Notes under the pieces: generated by a model
What the model was told of the DNA's origin: nothing
Seen by the model: the letters and a program-made list of their open reading frames with translations, nothing else
Database searches by the model: none
Program-made: the position numbers and the translations under genes
Origin: Pedobacter sp.
GTDB taxonomy: Bacteria; Bacteroidota; Bacteroidia; Sphingobacteriales; Sphingobacteriaceae
NCBI GenBank assembly: GCA_036676565.1
Contig: JAKFCP010000011.1
Span: forward strand, 83,775 to 107,774
Direction: 5' to 3'
Length of the DNA stretch: 24,000 bases
In this document: piece by piece, positions 23,104 through 24,000 of the stretch
How positions within the stretch are numbered: the stretch's first letter is position 1
How the letters are laid out: each line of letters begins with the position of its first letter

Positions 23104-23171
23104 CACTGTCCGTAGAGTTTAGCGAAGCGCCTCTACGGATTATAAAATGATGAGGAGTCTTAGGACTCCTC
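23104..23171 (+). repeat. Family A full composite unit
   Basis: CACTGTCCGTAGAGtttagcgaagcgcCTCTACGG, then ATTATAAAATGAT, then GAGGAGTCttagGACTCCTC. Confidence 0.85.
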
Positions 23172-23174
23172 AAA

Positions 23175-23223
23175 CTCCTTTAAAATTTTTCAATTTTACT
23201 CTCGCAAAGACGCTAAGACGCAA
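23175..23223 (+). repeat. Family C repeat copy
   Basis: CTCCTTTAAAATTTTTCAATTTTACTCTCGCAAAGACGCTAAGACGCAA aligns with 2437-2484. Confidence 0.75.
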
Positions 23224-23271
23224 AGGAATTAGATTCTATATAATCATTCGTTTTTGGAAGGATTTTTTTGC

Positions 23272-23389
23272 GTGGCGGGTCAAGCCTGCCATGACAGCGT
23301 ATTTGTTTGAGTAATACGATTCCAGCCTCCGAGCTGGAATCTCCTGTTTATCACAACTGATTGTCATCCTGGCGAAGGCCAGGACCTCC
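23272..23389 (-). repeat. Family D array, inverted: gamma (23272-23296), beta (23318-23344), alpha (23362-23389) hairpins
   Basis: The three units are GTGGCGGGTCAAGCCTGCCATGACA, GATTCCAGCCTCCGAGCTGGAATCTCC and TGTCATCCTGGCGAAGGCCAGGACCTCC. They are reverse complements of the units at 16045-16242. Confidence 0.8.
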
Positions 23390-23393
23390 TGAC

Positions 23394-23558
23394 CACTGTC
23401 CGTAGAGTTTAGCGCAGCGCCGCTACGGATTGTCCAATAATGAGGCCCACTATACGTATTGTTTACCGAAGCGCCTCTACGGATAGTTTTTGATGAGGAG
23501 TCTACTGAGTCCTCATTATTGTAAATCCGCAGAGCACTATGCTTAAGCAGCTATAGAT
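23394..23558. repeat. Cluster of three family A units (two forward, one reverse sharing the central GAGGAGTC hairpin)
   Basis: 23394-23450 is CACTGTCCGTAGAGTTTAGCGCAGCGCCGCTACGGATTGTCCAATAATGAGGCCCAC. 23451-23516 ends ...ACCGAAGCGCCTCTACGGATAGTTTTTGATGAGGAGTCTACTGAGTCCTCAT. 23517-23558 is a reverse partial copy (ATCCGCAGAGCACTATGCTTAAGC, compare 20390-20413). Confidence 0.75.
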
Positions 23559-23654
23559 AAATCTGACTAGAAAATTTTTCCACATGATGAAATATTCGCT
23601 TATCTTCCAGAAGAGATTGGGGACTTGTAAGAATTAATTTCAACTAAGAAAAAT

Positions 23655-24000
23655 ATGAAACTTTTAACCTTTATTGCTGCCTTTGTTTTATTATCACTTT
23701 ACACAAAGGCTCAGTACATTACTAAATATCCCGACATTCCAAGAGTTGATGTCCATACACATGTCGGAAATAACTATCCGGCAATCGATGCATATCTTGC
23801 TTTTCGCGAACAAATGTTGAAGGAGCGTAAAATGGATTTAGCCATGTGGATCAATATCGGTCAAAGAGGCGAGTCTGCAATTGATACCATCACTAAGGCG
23901 AGCAAAGGAAGAATAATGACCGGCATAGTCGATTTTAGACCACAGAGGGGGTTGACTCATAAAGCTGAAGATATTGCAGGCTACCTAAAACAAGGATATG
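23655..24000 (+). CDS. Amidohydrolase-family (metal-dependent hydrolase) protein, 3' end beyond window
   Basis: This gene is absent from the ORF track because no stop is reached. From the ATG at 23655 the frame stays open to the window end: MKLLTFIAAFVLLSLYTKAQYITKYPDIPRVDVHTHVGN... It has a signal peptide followed by the DxHxH metal-binding motif of the amidohydrolase superfamily. Confidence 0.65.
   Translation, partial: MKLLTFIAAFVLLSLYTKAQYITKYPDIPRVDVHTHVGNNYPAIDAYLAFREQMLKERKMDLAMWINIGQRGESAIDTITKASKGRIMTGIVDFRPQRGLTHKAEDIAGYLKQGY

Noticed and set aside
19729-23558. CRISPR array, considered because of the many short recurring palindromic units
   Set aside because: The units occur in both orientations and at irregular spacing. 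They are composite, with different stem-loops, and are interleaved with other repeat families. There are no uniform spacers and no cas genes. This is REP/MITE-like, not CRISPR.
1-24000. Phage-defence, toxin-antitoxin, secretion-system or biosynthetic gene cluster content; transposase or integrase for the repeats
   Set aside because: No ORF shows nuclease, helicase, methylase, TIR, Sir2, reverse-transcriptase, toxin, transposase or recombinase motifs that I can recognise. The repeats are non-autonomous. The only candidate system-level novelty I can defend is the sigma/ZAS-controlled operon.

Overview
This is a 24-kb chromosomal segment that looks like Bacteroidota, probably Sphingobacteriia (Pedobacter/Mucilaginibacter type). 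The evidence is low-to-moderate GC by eye, A-rich leaders with no Shine-Dalgarno sequences, and typical lipoprotein and secretion signal peptides. I support 18 protein-coding genes. They are: a 5'-truncated CBM9-like/DUF5916 protein; a sigma / anti-sigma / GNAT operon (minus strand); a divergent, tightly packed six-gene operon (DM13 lipoprotein, two YHS-domain paralogues, DoxX, DinB-like, and an NRDE::ATP-grasp fusion); a sugar-isomerase + MFS pair; a large multi-PAS histidine kinase; a small lipoprotein; a NEW3-domain protein + ABC ATPase + ABC-2 permease operon; a PAS sensor with an H-box but no ATPase domain; a small YqaE/Pmp3-like membrane protein; and a 3'-truncated amidohydrolase. I found no rRNA, tRNA, CRISPR array, transposase, integrase or recognisable defence gene. 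Two things stand out. (1) The ECF sigma is paired with a small soluble zinc-type anti-sigma whose four ligand positions (C11/H37/C41/C44) match the RsrA geometry as I recall it. Both divergent operons are preceded by the identical bipartite motif TTGTAAGG-N14-CCGACAAA. This suggests an uncharacterised redox/thiol (or metal) stress regulon ending in an unusual N-terminal-Cys hydrolase::ATP-grasp ligase fusion. (2) Most long intergenic regions (about 4.4 kb in total) are packed with several families of nested palindromic REP/MITE-like repeats. One 343-bp foldback element interrupts another hairpin repeat and has an apparent target-site duplication. All functional calls rest on motif recognition by eye, and no database search was possible.
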